A DNA stretch of 57,580 nt, filler included, from Squatina squatina (Eukaryota), in assembly GCA_031763465.1 (NCBI GenBank). It is 3 parts of 3 records of this genome, joined end to end, with 100 filler letters (N's around TTAATTAATTAA, not from the genome) between each part and the next. Parts side by side here need not be neighbours in the genome. Positions count along the whole stretch, not along the records: positions 40,456 to 57,580 come from JARFOE010000230.1; 2 more parts are not named here. The stretch is one strand, 5' to 3'. Below the pieces are notes generated by a model. That model had not been told where the DNA came from, did not search any database, and saw only the letters and a list, made by a program, of their open reading frames with translations. Shown here piece after piece: positions 41,017 to 53,037 of this stretch (within the stretch, counting starts at the first letter, position 1; each line of letters starts with the position of its first letter). Made by a program: the position numbers and the translations under genes.

Positions 41017-41266
41017 CTATTTAAACACAGAAACATTTATTGGAATGTAAGATTTTATTGGAAACTTAACATTTACATTTTATGTTAGTACGGATACATT
41101 TTCAGTGTTATACAGTGAATAATAAGTTTGCTTTTAACTTTTAATCAAGATGCTTAACAGTTTAAAAATTCTAAAGGTACTGACAAGGAATAATTTATTA
41201 ACTTACATTAATAATGCTTTAAATGTGATTACATGAAAAACAAACACAATGCACTATTATACACAC

Positions 41267-41575
41267 CTTGAATTGTCCCTGCAAGTTTCTGAGATGTTTC
41301 TGAGCTTCTGAAGCCTGACGATTAGCATGGCCCAACTGAATCTCCATTTCATTCAGATCTCCTTCCATTTTCTTCTTGATTCTTAAAGCATCATTTCTGC
41401 TCCTGACTTCAGAATCTAAGGCAGTTTGCATTGTTTCTACAACCCTCTGTTGGTTCCTCTTCAGCTGATCAATTTCTTCATCTTTCTCTGCAATTTTCCT
41501 GTCAACTTCAGATTTTACTTGGTTCAGTTCTAGCTGAACACGGAGGATCTTGCCCTCTTCATGTTCCAGAGAAGC
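41267..41575 (-). CDS. MYH: MYH copy B exon 34
   Basis: [64 protein letters not shown]...QGQFK; 309 nt. Confidence 0.95.
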
Positions 41576-42229
41576 CTGCAAAAGGAGATCACACAAAATT
41601 GTCAACATGTCACACATTTGTAGTTATAAGAAGTGCTTGAAGTACCTATGATAGTGTGTACTAACTACATGCATCTTTGTAGGTTAACTTTTAATTATGT
41701 AATTGAAAAGAAATAATGCAGCAACTGTTATATTATTTGATGAGCAATTATTTAAATAATTTAATGTCAAGAGCTCTTACATTTTGAGCACCAGATTTTG
41801 AAATATGGTGTTAATAATTGTGGCTTTGGCTTAGGACCTATGCAGGGATGTCACCATTGTGAGCGACCAGAGATTCCTTCAAAGGTTCCTATCTAATGAC
41901 TTTTCCCACTTTAGCAATGCATCATAACATTAACTTTCTAATGAGAATAAAGTAGAAAAGAGTTGCAACATCTGAGTTTTAAAGGTTTAGTATTGTGCAC
42001 TGCAGAAAGTGTGATTCATTACTTGGATTANNNNNNNNNNNNNNNNNNNNNNNNNNNNNNNNNNNNNNNNNNNNNNNNNNNNNNNNNNNNNNNNNNNNNN
42101 NNNNNNNNNNNNNNNNNNNNNNNNNNNNNNGGTACAAGGTAAGTTGGTGTGAGTAAGGATGTGCAGGAGTAGGGTAGGGAAGACAGAGTAATGGGGGATG
42201 TGATGAGTGGCACAGCAGGGCGAGGTTGA

Positions 42230-42365
42230 ACAAAAGCAAAATACTGTGGATGCTGGAATCTAGAATATAAACAAAAAAAAATGCTGGAAGACTCAGCAGG
42301 TCAGGCAGCATCTGTGGGGAGAGAAACAGAGTTAACGTTTGGGTCAATGACACTTTGTCAGAACA
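42230..42365 (+). mobile_element. Interspersed repeat, probably Penelope-like terminus
   Basis: aaatgctggaagactcagcaggtcaggcagcatctgtggggagagaaacagagttaacgttt; copies at 1197-1272 (reverse), 1545-1690, 3725-3830, 22940-22975, 53470-53568; family assignment from recall. Confidence 0.55.
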
Positions 42366-42838
42366 TTCTGTCAGTGTTTGCAGCTTCTGAATGCTGACAG
42401 GACAACTGCCAAAGAAAGTTGATCATGGTCTCTTTAAGAAAAGCAGCTGATGACGCATTATCAGACTGGCTTCCCGTTAATTGGAGGGGAAGCCCGCATG
42501 GCGAGCTTAACAAGAACAATCAAGGGAAGATTGCTGGACAGGGCAGGCTGGAGTTGGGAGCACGATCTGGGCACGTATGTGGCCCGCAACCAACCCGCCT
42601 CCCGTTGCAAAATCGTTGCCGAGGATTCACATTCAGACCAGGACATTAATCATACAGATGAATATTGGGGATTTAGACAATCTTTACGATTTATTATGAT
42701 TCTATGAATAATATAGTTCCAAAATGTTATAGCATTTAACATTTGTTGAATTAAAATACTATTTAGAATTGAAGTATTATTTAGAATATAAATTTGTGAG
42801 TAAATACTGCAGTGAAGTGAGACATATCAAACGGTTAC

Positions 42839-42977
42839 CTTCTGTGCCTTCGGGCTCAGCCTGCTCCTCACGCTGTTTTTGCTTGAATTTCATGTTGCCA
42901 CAGTGCATTACTGCGCCAGTGAGTTTGTAGATGCCCCATTTCTCATCAATGACGAAGCCCAGGATATCAATAGCGGT
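42839..42977 (-). CDS. MYH: MYH copy B exon 12
   Basis: [46 protein letters not shown]; 139 nt; ag/gtaacc. Confidence 0.95.
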
Positions 42978-43307
42978 CTTTAAACCCAAACGATAAAGTC
43001 AGAATCCAACAGAAACGCTAATACTGAAACCGCATTATCGACTTAGTTGTGCAAAAGTTTTTAAAATTTACTGTAAAACGGCTTTATGCCGGGTCTTGTA
43101 ACCCAACATTTTTTAAAATGTCTCTTTTTAAACCAACTGGATAGATCCACTTTTTTGATCATTCTTTTTTCCATATCAGGTCAGTTCTAGACATATGCAT
43201 TTTTGTACCAAAATGTATAATTGGTAATGTTTGGTCATATATGCACATTCCTTATGAAGCACAAGTGGTGATAAAGAATAAAAGTTACAGATACAGCTGA
43301 TACTTAC

Positions 43308-43411
43308 ATCAGTTGCTACCAGTTCTTCCGTATCGTCAATACTCTTGACAGTGATCTCACCCTGACTGATGAATGGATAATCATAGGGATTGGTGGTAAT
43401 GAGGCAAGATT
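43308..43411 (-). CDS. MYH: MYH copy B exon 11
   Basis: (E)[34 protein letters not shown]; 104 nt; acceptor falls in gap 43412-43511; donor gtaagt. Confidence 0.93.
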
Positions 43412-44164
43412 NNNNNNNNNNNNNNNNNNNNNNNNNNNNNNNNNNNNNNNNNNNNNNNNNNNNNNNNNNNNNNNNNNNNNNNNNNNNNNNNNNNNNNNNN
43501 NNNNNNNNNNNCTGCACCTATTTTCTATGTTTCTATGTCTATGTTTCCATCAACACCTACCATTGTCTGCACATATAATACACAGCACACGGTCCAGGCC
43601 AGTGCTTCTGCTGTGGAACTACTGGAGCCTCTGGCTAGCCGAAGAGGGTTGAGGGGTAGAGTGACCAGGTTTTAAATATTCAAAACCGAAACTATTGTGT
43701 ACCGCTTAATTTAATGGTGCCGCAAACGAGACAAACGGTTCGAAAATCCCATGTTATATTTTTTAATGTAATGTTCATTTGCCTGGCATGTTTATAATAC
43801 TAATGTGATTTAAACACCGTTCAATGGAATGTAAATAATATAAGGTACATTACGTTTCAGTTACACTAAATACTTCTGGAATAAACGTTTTGCAGTAGTA
43901 GTAAATGATGATCGCCCCGCCACTGTTGCAGTGTGTGGTATTTCTATGTCATTGAACTGCTATATGATTCTGTTTATCGATGCTGAACCAGCCGCTTGCA
44001 GTGCGGATAATAACCAGTGGGGAGTCATTAAAGTCTAATTAACGTGTAATTGAACTTGACGTCCTGTGAATGAAAGATAACCAGCACTTACGGTCAAAAC
44101 AATGATATTAAACTTTTCTATTTAAGAAATGTAGTTTACATTTGGTTGTCTTAACATCCGTTAC

Positions 44165-44205
44165 CTTTATCAGTCCCAGGTAAGAGAAAATGCTCCACAG
44201 CAATT
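44165..44205 (-). other. Likely non-coding 5'UTR exon 2 of MYH copy B (41 nt)
   Basis: ttttcttttgctag acceptor, AAG|gtaacg donor; vertebrate sarcomeric MYH genes have two short non-coding exons before the ATG exon. Confidence 0.6.
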
Positions 44206-44425
44206 CTAGCAAAAGAAAAGACATAATAGTTAAATTAATTTTACTTCTTTGGATCTGTTTTAAATGTATCAGTTACATTTATGTCTTTTATCCCTTATTT
44301 ATATTGAGATAATTTTCTGGATTGATTTCTTATACCATTTAATATTTTACATAACTTGATGAGGTCCTCTCTCCCTCTGCTTCACTGAGAAAAAATATAA
44401 TTAAGAAAGTTAGTGAGAAACTTAC

Positions 44426-44925
44426 CCTGATGGTTGGACACCAGCAGCTTTCTGTGTTCTCTGGACAACTTATATATGAGCTCTTTTTTGTGGGCACAGC
44501 AGGTCCAGTTTCTATATTTAGTATACAAAAGCCTGATGATTGCATTAACTGGTATTCTAATATCAGGATATAATTAGAGAAGCAACGTCAGTTATTTGGT
44601 TTGGAATTCTTCAGCATTAATCCAGCCATCATCATGTCTATCCATATAAGTTGAACACGTAAAGCTGACACATGACAAGTCCAGTTTATAAAATATCCAT
44701 CCACTGAACCTCTAAAATAGGCTTGTGTTTAACTGGTGGTGCTTTCTTGGTAAGCACACGCTGCATTTATAATTTAGAAATCCGCTTGCCAAAAAATACT
44801 TTGCTGTATATAAGTCCACTCATTTCTTTGTTGCTAATATAGATTTTGGAAGTATGGTCACAACACCTCAATACATAACATTTAGCTGGGGTTTATTTTT
44901 AAATTAAAATGCAAAATTGCTGAGA
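44426..44925 (-). promoter_or_regulatory. Likely promoter and non-coding exon 1 of MYH copy B
   Basis: Minus-strand TATATAA (44470-44476); MEF2 consensus CTAAATATAG (44512-44521); CTAATTATATCC resembling the AT-rich element of vertebrate fast MyHC promoters (from memory); strong donor AGG|GTAAGT at 44425; upstream of and co-oriented with copy B exons. Confidence 0.7.
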
Positions 44926-45892
44926 TGCATATTTTTTCTAAAATATCATACAGTTGAAAATTACATCTTTCTTACAAGCCCTTGCACATATTGTCCCAGA
45001 AACTGCTGGAAAAATAATGGCATATTAACAGCACTCACCAATATTAGTTCATACAAAATCCAGCAATTTTGAGGCAAGGGAAATATAGGTCATGAGTTCC
45101 GGTTCTTCACAAATTGTTGGATGCTTTTAACCATTAGTCTCAACAAAAACCAATAAAACCTCGCTGTGAGCCTCCCATTGAAATGAATTGCTTGTGGGGA
45201 TTCCAGAACTAAGGGCTATAACTATAAAATAGTTACTAACAAATCCAGTTGGCCTGTTTCTGTGTTGTAAATTCTATGTAATTTTATGTAATTGGGTGTC
45301 ATGAAATTGCTGGGCTTATGCCGTTAATATAAATTTATCTTGCAGCAGCCATTAATGCTGGTTATTCATGTTGTAAGGATGCTGTTAATGATGTAATCTA
45401 TGGTCCTGACATGACACTCAACATTGGCGGCCCAGAAAGGGAGCAATGAAGCTATGGAGTCTCACTCCAGCAGATAGTGAAGTGTTCCTAGAGGTTTTTC
45501 AAACTCTTGTTAGAGTTGGAAGGCAAACATTTTCGGATACAAAACTATTTTGGCACTCTGAAAAGCAAATTAGATATATTTCTTTCAGAAAATAATTTTG
45601 AGGTACAGTTAATGAATAATTTGAGACATGAAGTGGTAAGTATAATATGCCTGGACTTATCTCTGGGTCTATTATAAACTGACTGATAGAGATTGAATGC
45701 TATGATTAGTCAATAACTCCATTATCGTTGTATCATGTGACTACCATGATGGTATAAGGCAAACTAGATGGTCTTTGTTTTTTTTCATCTAGCAAGGCCT
45801 ATGTTCCTATGGAAGCAGTGCAATGGGCGTTTGCACTGGATGTTCCACTGCTCCTGATCATGATTGATGGTGCCACTAGTCCTATACTGCAC

Positions 45893-46200
45893 ACCAGTGC
45901 AGTGCTGAGGGAGTGCTGCACTGTCGGAAGTGCTGTCTTTCAGATGCGACGTTAAACCGAGGCTCCATCTGCTCTCTCAGGTGAATGTGTAAGATCCCAT
46001 GGCACGATTTTGAAGAAGAGCAGGGGAGTTATTCCCGATGTCCTGGCCAATAATTATTCCTTAATCAACAGAACAAAAACAGATTATCTGGTCATTATCA
46101 CACTGCTGTTTGTGGGATCTTGCTGTGCACAAATTGGCTGCCACGTTTCCCAAATTACAACAGTGACTACACTCCAAAAGTACTTCATTGGCTATAAAAC
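45893..46200 (+). mobile_element. Deu-domain SINE
   Basis: gtgctgagggagtgctgcactgtcgg...gctgtttgtgggatcttgctgtgcacaaattggctgccacgtttcc...aaagtacttcattggct; fragments also at 16548-16619, 17445-17533, 22262-22361. Confidence 0.75.
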
Positions 46201-46306
46201 TCAGACNNNNNNNNNNNNNNNNNNNNNNNNNNNNNNNNNNNNNNNNNNNNNNNNNNNNNNNNNNNNNNNNNNNNNNNNNNNNNNNNNNNNNNNNNNNNNN
46301 NNNNNN

Positions 46307-46515
46307 AGCAATGCATCTGCTATTTCTAGGGCCACTTCCTTAAGTACCCTGGGATGTAGATTATCAGGCCCTGGGGATTTATCAGCCTTCAATCCCGTCA
46401 ATTTCCCCAACACCATTTCCCTACAAATACTGATTTCATTCAGTTCCTCCCATGATCTTGTTAAAAGGCGGAGCAGGTTCGAGGGGCCAAATGGCCTACT
46501 CCTGCTCCTATTTCT
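46307..46515 (-). mobile_element. CR1 ORF2 fragment
   Basis: VLGKLTGLKADKSPGPDNLHPRVLKEVALEIADAL (KSPGPD motif upstream of RT). Confidence 0.85.
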
Positions 46516-46899
46516 AAATAAATTAACTCACAGAAACAGCATTGACTAGTTATGGATACTGTATTTCATATGTATCCACTAATTTTTGAACGGAGATAAG
46601 ACGATGCGATAACAATGTGTTTGCAAAATAATGTTTCATATTAATTGATCTCCAGAACCTTCCATTCATGTATTTTCATGAGACAATTAAATTTGCCAAT
46701 ATAAACTCAATGTCAAAGGAAAGTTCCATTTCCCAACACACTGCTTTGCCATTTAATTGGCACTTGCATACAATTTTCTAACAATTCGGTAAAACAAGAT
46801 GCAAAAATCGTTGGATGTCACAACCGACAAGATTTGCCGGAGCGCAATAAACACGATGCTTTCTGCATTTAGTCTATGCGAAATTTCAGGCGGCGGGGA

Positions 46900-47407
46900 A
46901 ACATTTTTGAATTTTCATTAAAACCATAAACCCCAGGTAAATACCAGGTATTGATGTAAATCAGTGCAAAAGGCCGTGACTTCGCTTTCAAATCTAGCCG
47001 GATTACTAAACTCCTGTAATATAAGGTATTTTAGGGGACGAGAATTGACTGAATTTTATTTGTGTTTTTTGCTGACCAAGCGTCACGAGCCGAAATTAGA
47101 GATTCAATCCGTTAAAGATTTTGCACTTGGTACAAATTGCCACGTTAGCTGTACGTGGTCAGTTGTGGAGACATTTGATGAGGACTGGATTAATGGTTCA
47201 AGAATTCCACACAAAACTACTGACATTGCTTCTCTAATTTTATCCTGATGTGAGAACACGAGAGTTAGTGCAATAAGCAAATCTGCTCGTCAGTCTTTTG
47301 AAATACCAAATGGGGACTGGACCTGCTGCGCAGGCAAAAATTCAGTGTATATAGGTTGACCCACAGACCATCAAACGCTTCTCGCGTCCAACCATCAAGT
47401 CTCTTCG
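46900..47407 (+). promoter_or_regulatory. Inverted paralogous MYH-type promoter and exon 1 (plus strand)
   Basis: Collinear homology to the reverse complement of 44426-44925: ctggattaatg, aagaattcca, ttgcttctctaatt, actggacctgctg, TATATA (47348-47353), gtccaaccatca; candidate donor CG|GTATTG at 47408. Confidence 0.7.
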
Positions 47408-47700
47408 GTATTGACTTTCTTCACGGTAATTAGGGAATTAATGATATTTTGGTAACACTGAATGATATTTGTGGTATTGTGGGTTAGTCCTTTAGACATC
47501 TCATCGTCTTTAACATGTTGAAACGTTATTGTTTTTTTATTTGTAATTCTATGCTGGAATGTAACAAAGCAATTTGTTTTCAGACTGTTTCGCATAAAAT
47601 GAAATGATTTTGTATACCGTAGTACAACATTTCTAAAGAGCGCCTTCCATTTTCAGTCGTGACATACGGATGATTCACTTATCTTTTTCTTTTGTTACAG

Positions 47701-47740
47701 TTGCTGGACACATCTTTTTCAATAAGCAGAATCAATCAAG
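47701..47740 (+). other. 40-nt non-coding exon homologous to MYH 5'UTR exon 2, plus strand
   Basis: atctttttcttttgttacag acceptor, AAG|gtaagg donor; downstream intron homologous to the one after 44165. Confidence 0.6.
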
Positions 47741-48906
47741 GTAAGGGATGCTAATGCAGCCGAATCTAAACTACATTGCTTAAAGAGAAAACAAACTTTA
47801 ATAGATCATCTTAACATTAAATCTGATCGAAAAAGCTGATTATTTAACATAAGACAGAAAGCTGGACTGCATGTTAATTAGTCATTATTGACTCACTGGT
47901 TGTCATCCAAGACCTGACGACAAGCAGCTGGTTCAGAAACGATGTACGTAAAGTATCAGATATCAATTTCAGTGACATCTGCTCCGGGGCACATTGTTAT
48001 GTATCCAACTGTACACAATACTCGGCGTTTTCCACAGTTACATTAATCCAGAAATTGAAATGTTATGGGCGCGTGAGTCACTTGCTAATCTGAAGTCTTA
48101 ACATTAAATCAGTATTTAAAATATGCAAGACAGGAAGCCAATAGATAAATAAGTCGTGTTCACGTGGTATTCCAACGTTTTTGTTTCACTTGCAACATTA
48201 TTAAAGCAAAATATCATTCAATACACAATTATATGGATTTTCCAAATTTNNNNNNNNNNNNNNNNNNNNNNNNNNNNNNNNNNNNNNNNNNNNNNNNNNN
48301 NNNNNNNNNNNNNNNNNNNNNNNNNNNNNNNNNNNNNNNNNNNNNNNNNCAGCCTGACAACAAAAGTTTTTTTTATACAAAATGATTTCAAAAGCCTTCC
48401 TGTGGAGCCCAGAGGGGCAGGCTTGCCCCTCCAACTCAACAGTTTTCATGATCGTTCCACTGTTGCCTTCTCCAACCCCGTTCCTGAGAATGATTTTTGG
48501 ACCACTGCTGGCAAGGTCAGCGACCCAACAATCAGCATCCTCAAATCTGCGAGCTGCCTGTGGAGGCAACACAGGTGTCTGCAGCTCACACAGAAAAACA
48601 TTAATAAGGCCTTAGGCCCACTTTAAGGCCGTCCTCGGGCCTCCCAGTTTGGGCGCTCATTGCCTGCAGGACCAGACGAATTTACACCCCAAAATTTCAA
48701 TGATAAAATAAAGTTACAGCAGATTCTTGATTAACAAGATTTCACATGCACCATTCTAATAGTTTCTCATTTTATATCCACACTAAACTATTGTTCGCAA
48801 TATAACTTTGTTGGAGTTTTTCTATGCATTACTTTTGTTCCTAGCATGATTATTGAATCATTTAGCAAACATAAGATGACGAAGAAACATTTTTCAGAAT
48901 TGCACT

Positions 48907-48912
48907 TTTATT
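48907..48912 (-). terminator. MYH polyadenylation signal AATAAA
   Basis: tttatt on + strand about 90 nt downstream of the stop, matching short MYH 3'UTRs. Confidence 0.8.
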
Positions 48913-49000
48913 TCTAAGGACAACACTACACTTATAAAGCAGTATTACAAAGAAGCACACATTTTGTGGATTTCTTCTTTGGACCATTTCAAATTGTCAT

Positions 49001-49015
49001 CTACTCCTCGGCGGC
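49001..49015 (-). CDS. MYH: MYH terminal coding exon 41 (AAEE-stop)
   Basis: attag|GCC GCC GAG GAG TAG; short acidic tail ending in EE as in fast MYHs. Confidence 0.88.
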   Translation of the reverse strand, partial: AAEE

Positions 49016-49184
49016 CTAATAGGTAAAAAGGAAATGCAAATGAATAAATAATGAAAAGATTGCTTTTAAAATATTATTTATGTTTTGATTAACAATGGAA
49101 ATCTTTACTAATAATTTTCATTATTGTCAGTGTTTCTTGAGCTGTATTTTTATTCAGTTTTAAAATCAGTTGCATATACTGTAC

Positions 49185-49319
49185 CTTGACATTTATGTCA
49201 CGGGTTTTAGTTCTAAGTTTGTTGACTTGGGACTCTGCAATGTCAGCGCGTTCCTCAGCTTCCTCTAGTTCATGCTGCACCTTCCTGAACTTGGACAGAT
49301 GAATATTGGCCTGCTCCTC
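49185..49319 (-). CDS. MYH: MYH exon 40
   Basis: [45 protein letters not shown]; 135 nt; ag/gtacag. Confidence 0.96.
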
Positions 49320-50252
49320 CTGAAGAGAATACAGTACAAGAAATGATCAGGTTGCAGGAAAGCACATTGACCGTAGGAGAATGCAAACTGTCACTCGGAT
49401 AGTAAAAGTGCAAGTTATTAATTCACAAAGTTTTTGACAAAAGTCATTATCTGTTTAGGGGGTGACTATCAGACTGTGATCCACACATTTTGAGGTTCGT
49501 AGAGCAACCACTCACAAGATACATCAGCTTTTTATTCTTTGTGGGAGAAGACTGGATTGTGGACTAGTTTAGCATCTTTTGCACCTGGGGCCTGAGTTTG
49601 AATCCAGCCTAGATTGGATGAAAGTTTCTGTTCACTGATAGGACTTTGGGTGTTGCAGTGGTTTCTGAAAATGGGCTACACTGCACACATTTTACACCTG
49701 TAAAACAGGTGCAATGTGGTCTAATTTCTGCCCCAAAATGTCTACAGTTGGAATGGGAGACAACACATACTAGTTAATGAAATGAGGGGGGAAATAGGCG
49801 AGACTTCATAAATATCTTCATTGGAAATGTGCTTGAGGTCATCGCACAGGATGCTACCAGTGCTGTCCTGAAGAACAACAGGCCAGACCCCACTAGTTGC
49901 TAGAATTCTTTGAAAATGTAGTGGATAGCCTAGCCAGGGGATATATTTAATTTTGATTTTCAGAAGGGATTTCAGGAATGAAGTGTGAGCTTTTTAAAAC
50001 AGCCAATTCCTGTGGATAGTAACAAATTCACTAGGTAGACTTAAAATTTCCTTGGCAATAGAAAGTGGAAGATGAAAATAAATGGCAGAGCTCTCTCACT
50101 TATGATTGGAGTTCTGAATGCCTTATTCTAGGGTCCCTTCTGGTCACAATAGTCTTAAATAATGATAATGAGCTTTGTAATCAGATGACAAATGTAAGGA
50201 AGATTAAAAGCATTCACAAAGATCTAGACCAATTATTTTTTCAGTTACTTAC

Positions 50253-50308
50253 AGCCTCCTCAGATTGTCTTTTGTAGGCCTTAACCTTCATCTGCAGCTT
50301 GTCCACTA
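50253..50308 (-). CDS. MYH: Second, partial copy of MYH exon 39 (5' part lost in gap)
   Basis: [18 protein letters not shown] then gtaagt; abuts gap 50309-50408; differs from the 51252 copy (EEA vs EET). Confidence 0.85.
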
Positions 50309-50484
50309 NNNNNNNNNNNNNNNNNNNNNNNNNNNNNNNNNNNNNNNNNNNNNNNNNNNNNNNNNNNNNNNNNNNNNNNNNNNNNNNNNNNNNNNNNNNN
50401 NNNNNNNNATTATATATAATTTTATTAAATTTTAACATTTCAGTAGTTTTTAAAACGTATTTTTAAGTGCTTGTGCTGTTTTAC

Positions 50485-50735
50485 TATCTCCCATTCATAC
50501 TTCTGCTGATCTTCATATATGACAGAGATCAGCAGAAGCCTGAATGGGAGATATTCCTACCTGATTGGTTGGGGCCTCCCACGTGATCTCACCAGTGCCT
50601 GCGCTGCACATACACTGGAGAGATCTGTGGGCCGCTGCAACTGCTGACCTGATGAGGAAGAAGAAATCAAATTTTTGCAGCTCCTGGACCATCAGGTAGG
50701 TTTGTAGAAACATTTACAGTCGGAGGCATAAAATG
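50485..50735 (-). repeat. Same hairpin-bearing repeat (copy 2), in MYH intron
   Basis: Homologous to 28485-28740; 28-bp stem at 50485-50553. Confidence 0.7.
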
Positions 50736-51242
50736 GTGAAGAATTTCAATGTGAATAATAATTCACTGAAATCTTCTGCTCAATTTAATGTGAAGAACTA
50801 AGACAATTCCACTATATGTCTCAAAGCACTTGGGTGTAATGAAGTTACTGTAATCTTATATAGATGGTGACCCCCAAACTCAATCTTATGCGCAATTTTT
50901 GGGCACCTTATTTCCAGAAAATATTGATGCATTTGAGAGTTTAGTTAAGAGCAAAAATAATGATTCTGTACTTAGTTCTGAGATTTGAACCTAAGTTATG
51001 AGTAGAAGTTTACAAAGCTGAATACGTCTTGTTGAACACGATAGGATACATAGATCAGTAAAAGGAGATGACCTGATAAATATATGAACTTCTATGCTTT
51101 CTGTGTAAACAATTTGATGATATTGCTGACTTTCTGTCAGTGTAGGTTGCATGAGCATTTGACGTTCTTTAATTTAAAGTTTAGTTTTCTAAAATAATTT
51201 TCTTTAAATATTTTTAAAGAATAAATTCAACTATTGTCTTCA

Positions 51243-51374
<132 letters not shown>

Positions 51375-51458
51375 TTAATTTGATTATAAAAAATGATTAT
51401 TACTGGTTCCCACAATGGTGTGCCACTCCAAATAATGAGCTTATAAACTGTACAATAC

Positions 51459-51563
51459 CTGATAGGACAGCTCCTTGACTCTTCTTTCATATTTGCGAAC
51501 ACCTTTGATGGCATCAGCACCTCGTTTCTGCTCAGTTTCCAGTTCATTTTCCAGTTCACGCAC
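51459..51563 (-). CDS. MYH: MYH copy A exon 38
   Basis: [35 protein letters not shown]; 105 nt. Confidence 0.96.
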
Positions 51564-51667
51564 CTAAGCCAGTCACCAATTAGTATTTGTTTTTACATCC
51601 ATTGCAAGTTTCATATTACCTTTTAAATTATGATCCTTTTTTTGATGCTATATTTTCACAAGCTTCA

Positions 51668-51901
<234 letters not shown>

Positions 51902-52007
51902 TCATTATTCAAACTCAAGCTCCTAATAATACCAACAAAGTACTTGAAGCGAGACAGTCAGTAATTGTAAAAATATGAATAAATAGTTAAGATAACTTCT
52001 GACTTAC

Positions 52008-52133
52008 ATCTGTGATAGCCTTCTTTGCTTTTTCTTCAGCATTTCTTGATTCCTGAATTTTTTCTTCCATTTCAGACTGGAGATGATTCAGGTCAGAATC
52101 CAGCTTCTTCTTCGTGTTGATGAGACTAGTGTT
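52008..52133 (-). CDS. MYH: MYH copy A exon 36
   Basis: [42 protein letters not shown]; 126 nt; ag/gtaagt. Confidence 0.96.
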
Positions 52134-52549
52134 CTGCGGAATCAATTTGTAAGAGCTTTGTTTTGTAGGATGTGTAAATTGTAAAAAAGACTATAGCATT
52201 GATATTAACCCCCATGATGGATAATTGGGAGCCCAATTTAGCATTTACTATTGCTGCTCGGGTTTCCCAGAGGACAGAAACTCAGCAGTGAAAAGAAGGC
52301 AGGAGCTGCAGCTTCCTGTCACTGGTGTTTCCACCTGCCAGCCGGCCATGCTATCCATTTGGTTCGCTGCCAGGTGGGAAACGGAACTAAAAATGTTAAT
52401 AAGGTTCTGCACTTTAAGTTCGGCAGAACCACCTCATCTTGATCTTTGCCGAATCTTTTGGCCATTTTACATCTCAACCACACCTTCTCTGTATTTAACA
52501 GGACTGGCATGTCTACTTGGTCCATATTGACATTACTGTGCGGACAAAC

Positions 52550-52753
52550 CTGAGTGTGCAGCAGCTGTACCCTCTCAGTGACATCAATAAGCTCTTGTTC
52601 AGCGATTTTGCGAGCTCTATCTGTCTGTTCTAGTGCTGCTCTCATTTCTTCAATCTCAGCCTGCTGTAGGCCACTTCTGCGCTCAACCATGGCCAATTGC
52701 TCCTTCAAGTCTTCCTGGCTTCTGCAAGCATCATCCAGCTGTAACTGGGTTTC
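52550..52753 (-). CDS. MYH: MYH copy A exon 35
   Basis: [68 protein letters not shown]; 204 nt. Confidence 0.96.
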
Positions 52754-53037
52754 CTATTTAGAGTGTAGAAATATTTTGTGAGCAGATATCATAGTAAACT
52801 GTAATATTCATATATTAGCATAAATTAGAATAATAAACCTTTTAGTGAAATCTTAAGTAGTTTGAATAATCTAAAACTGTTGACAAATGATAATTCCTGC
52901 ACTTTTCTATTAAGTTAGGTCATAGGAAAACGCCATTACATTTACTTAATTGACTGATGAATCACAATATTGAGAGCTAGATTAAAACTAACTGTCAGTC
53001 AGAAATCAATCAGAAATAAATGCACTATTGTACAGAC

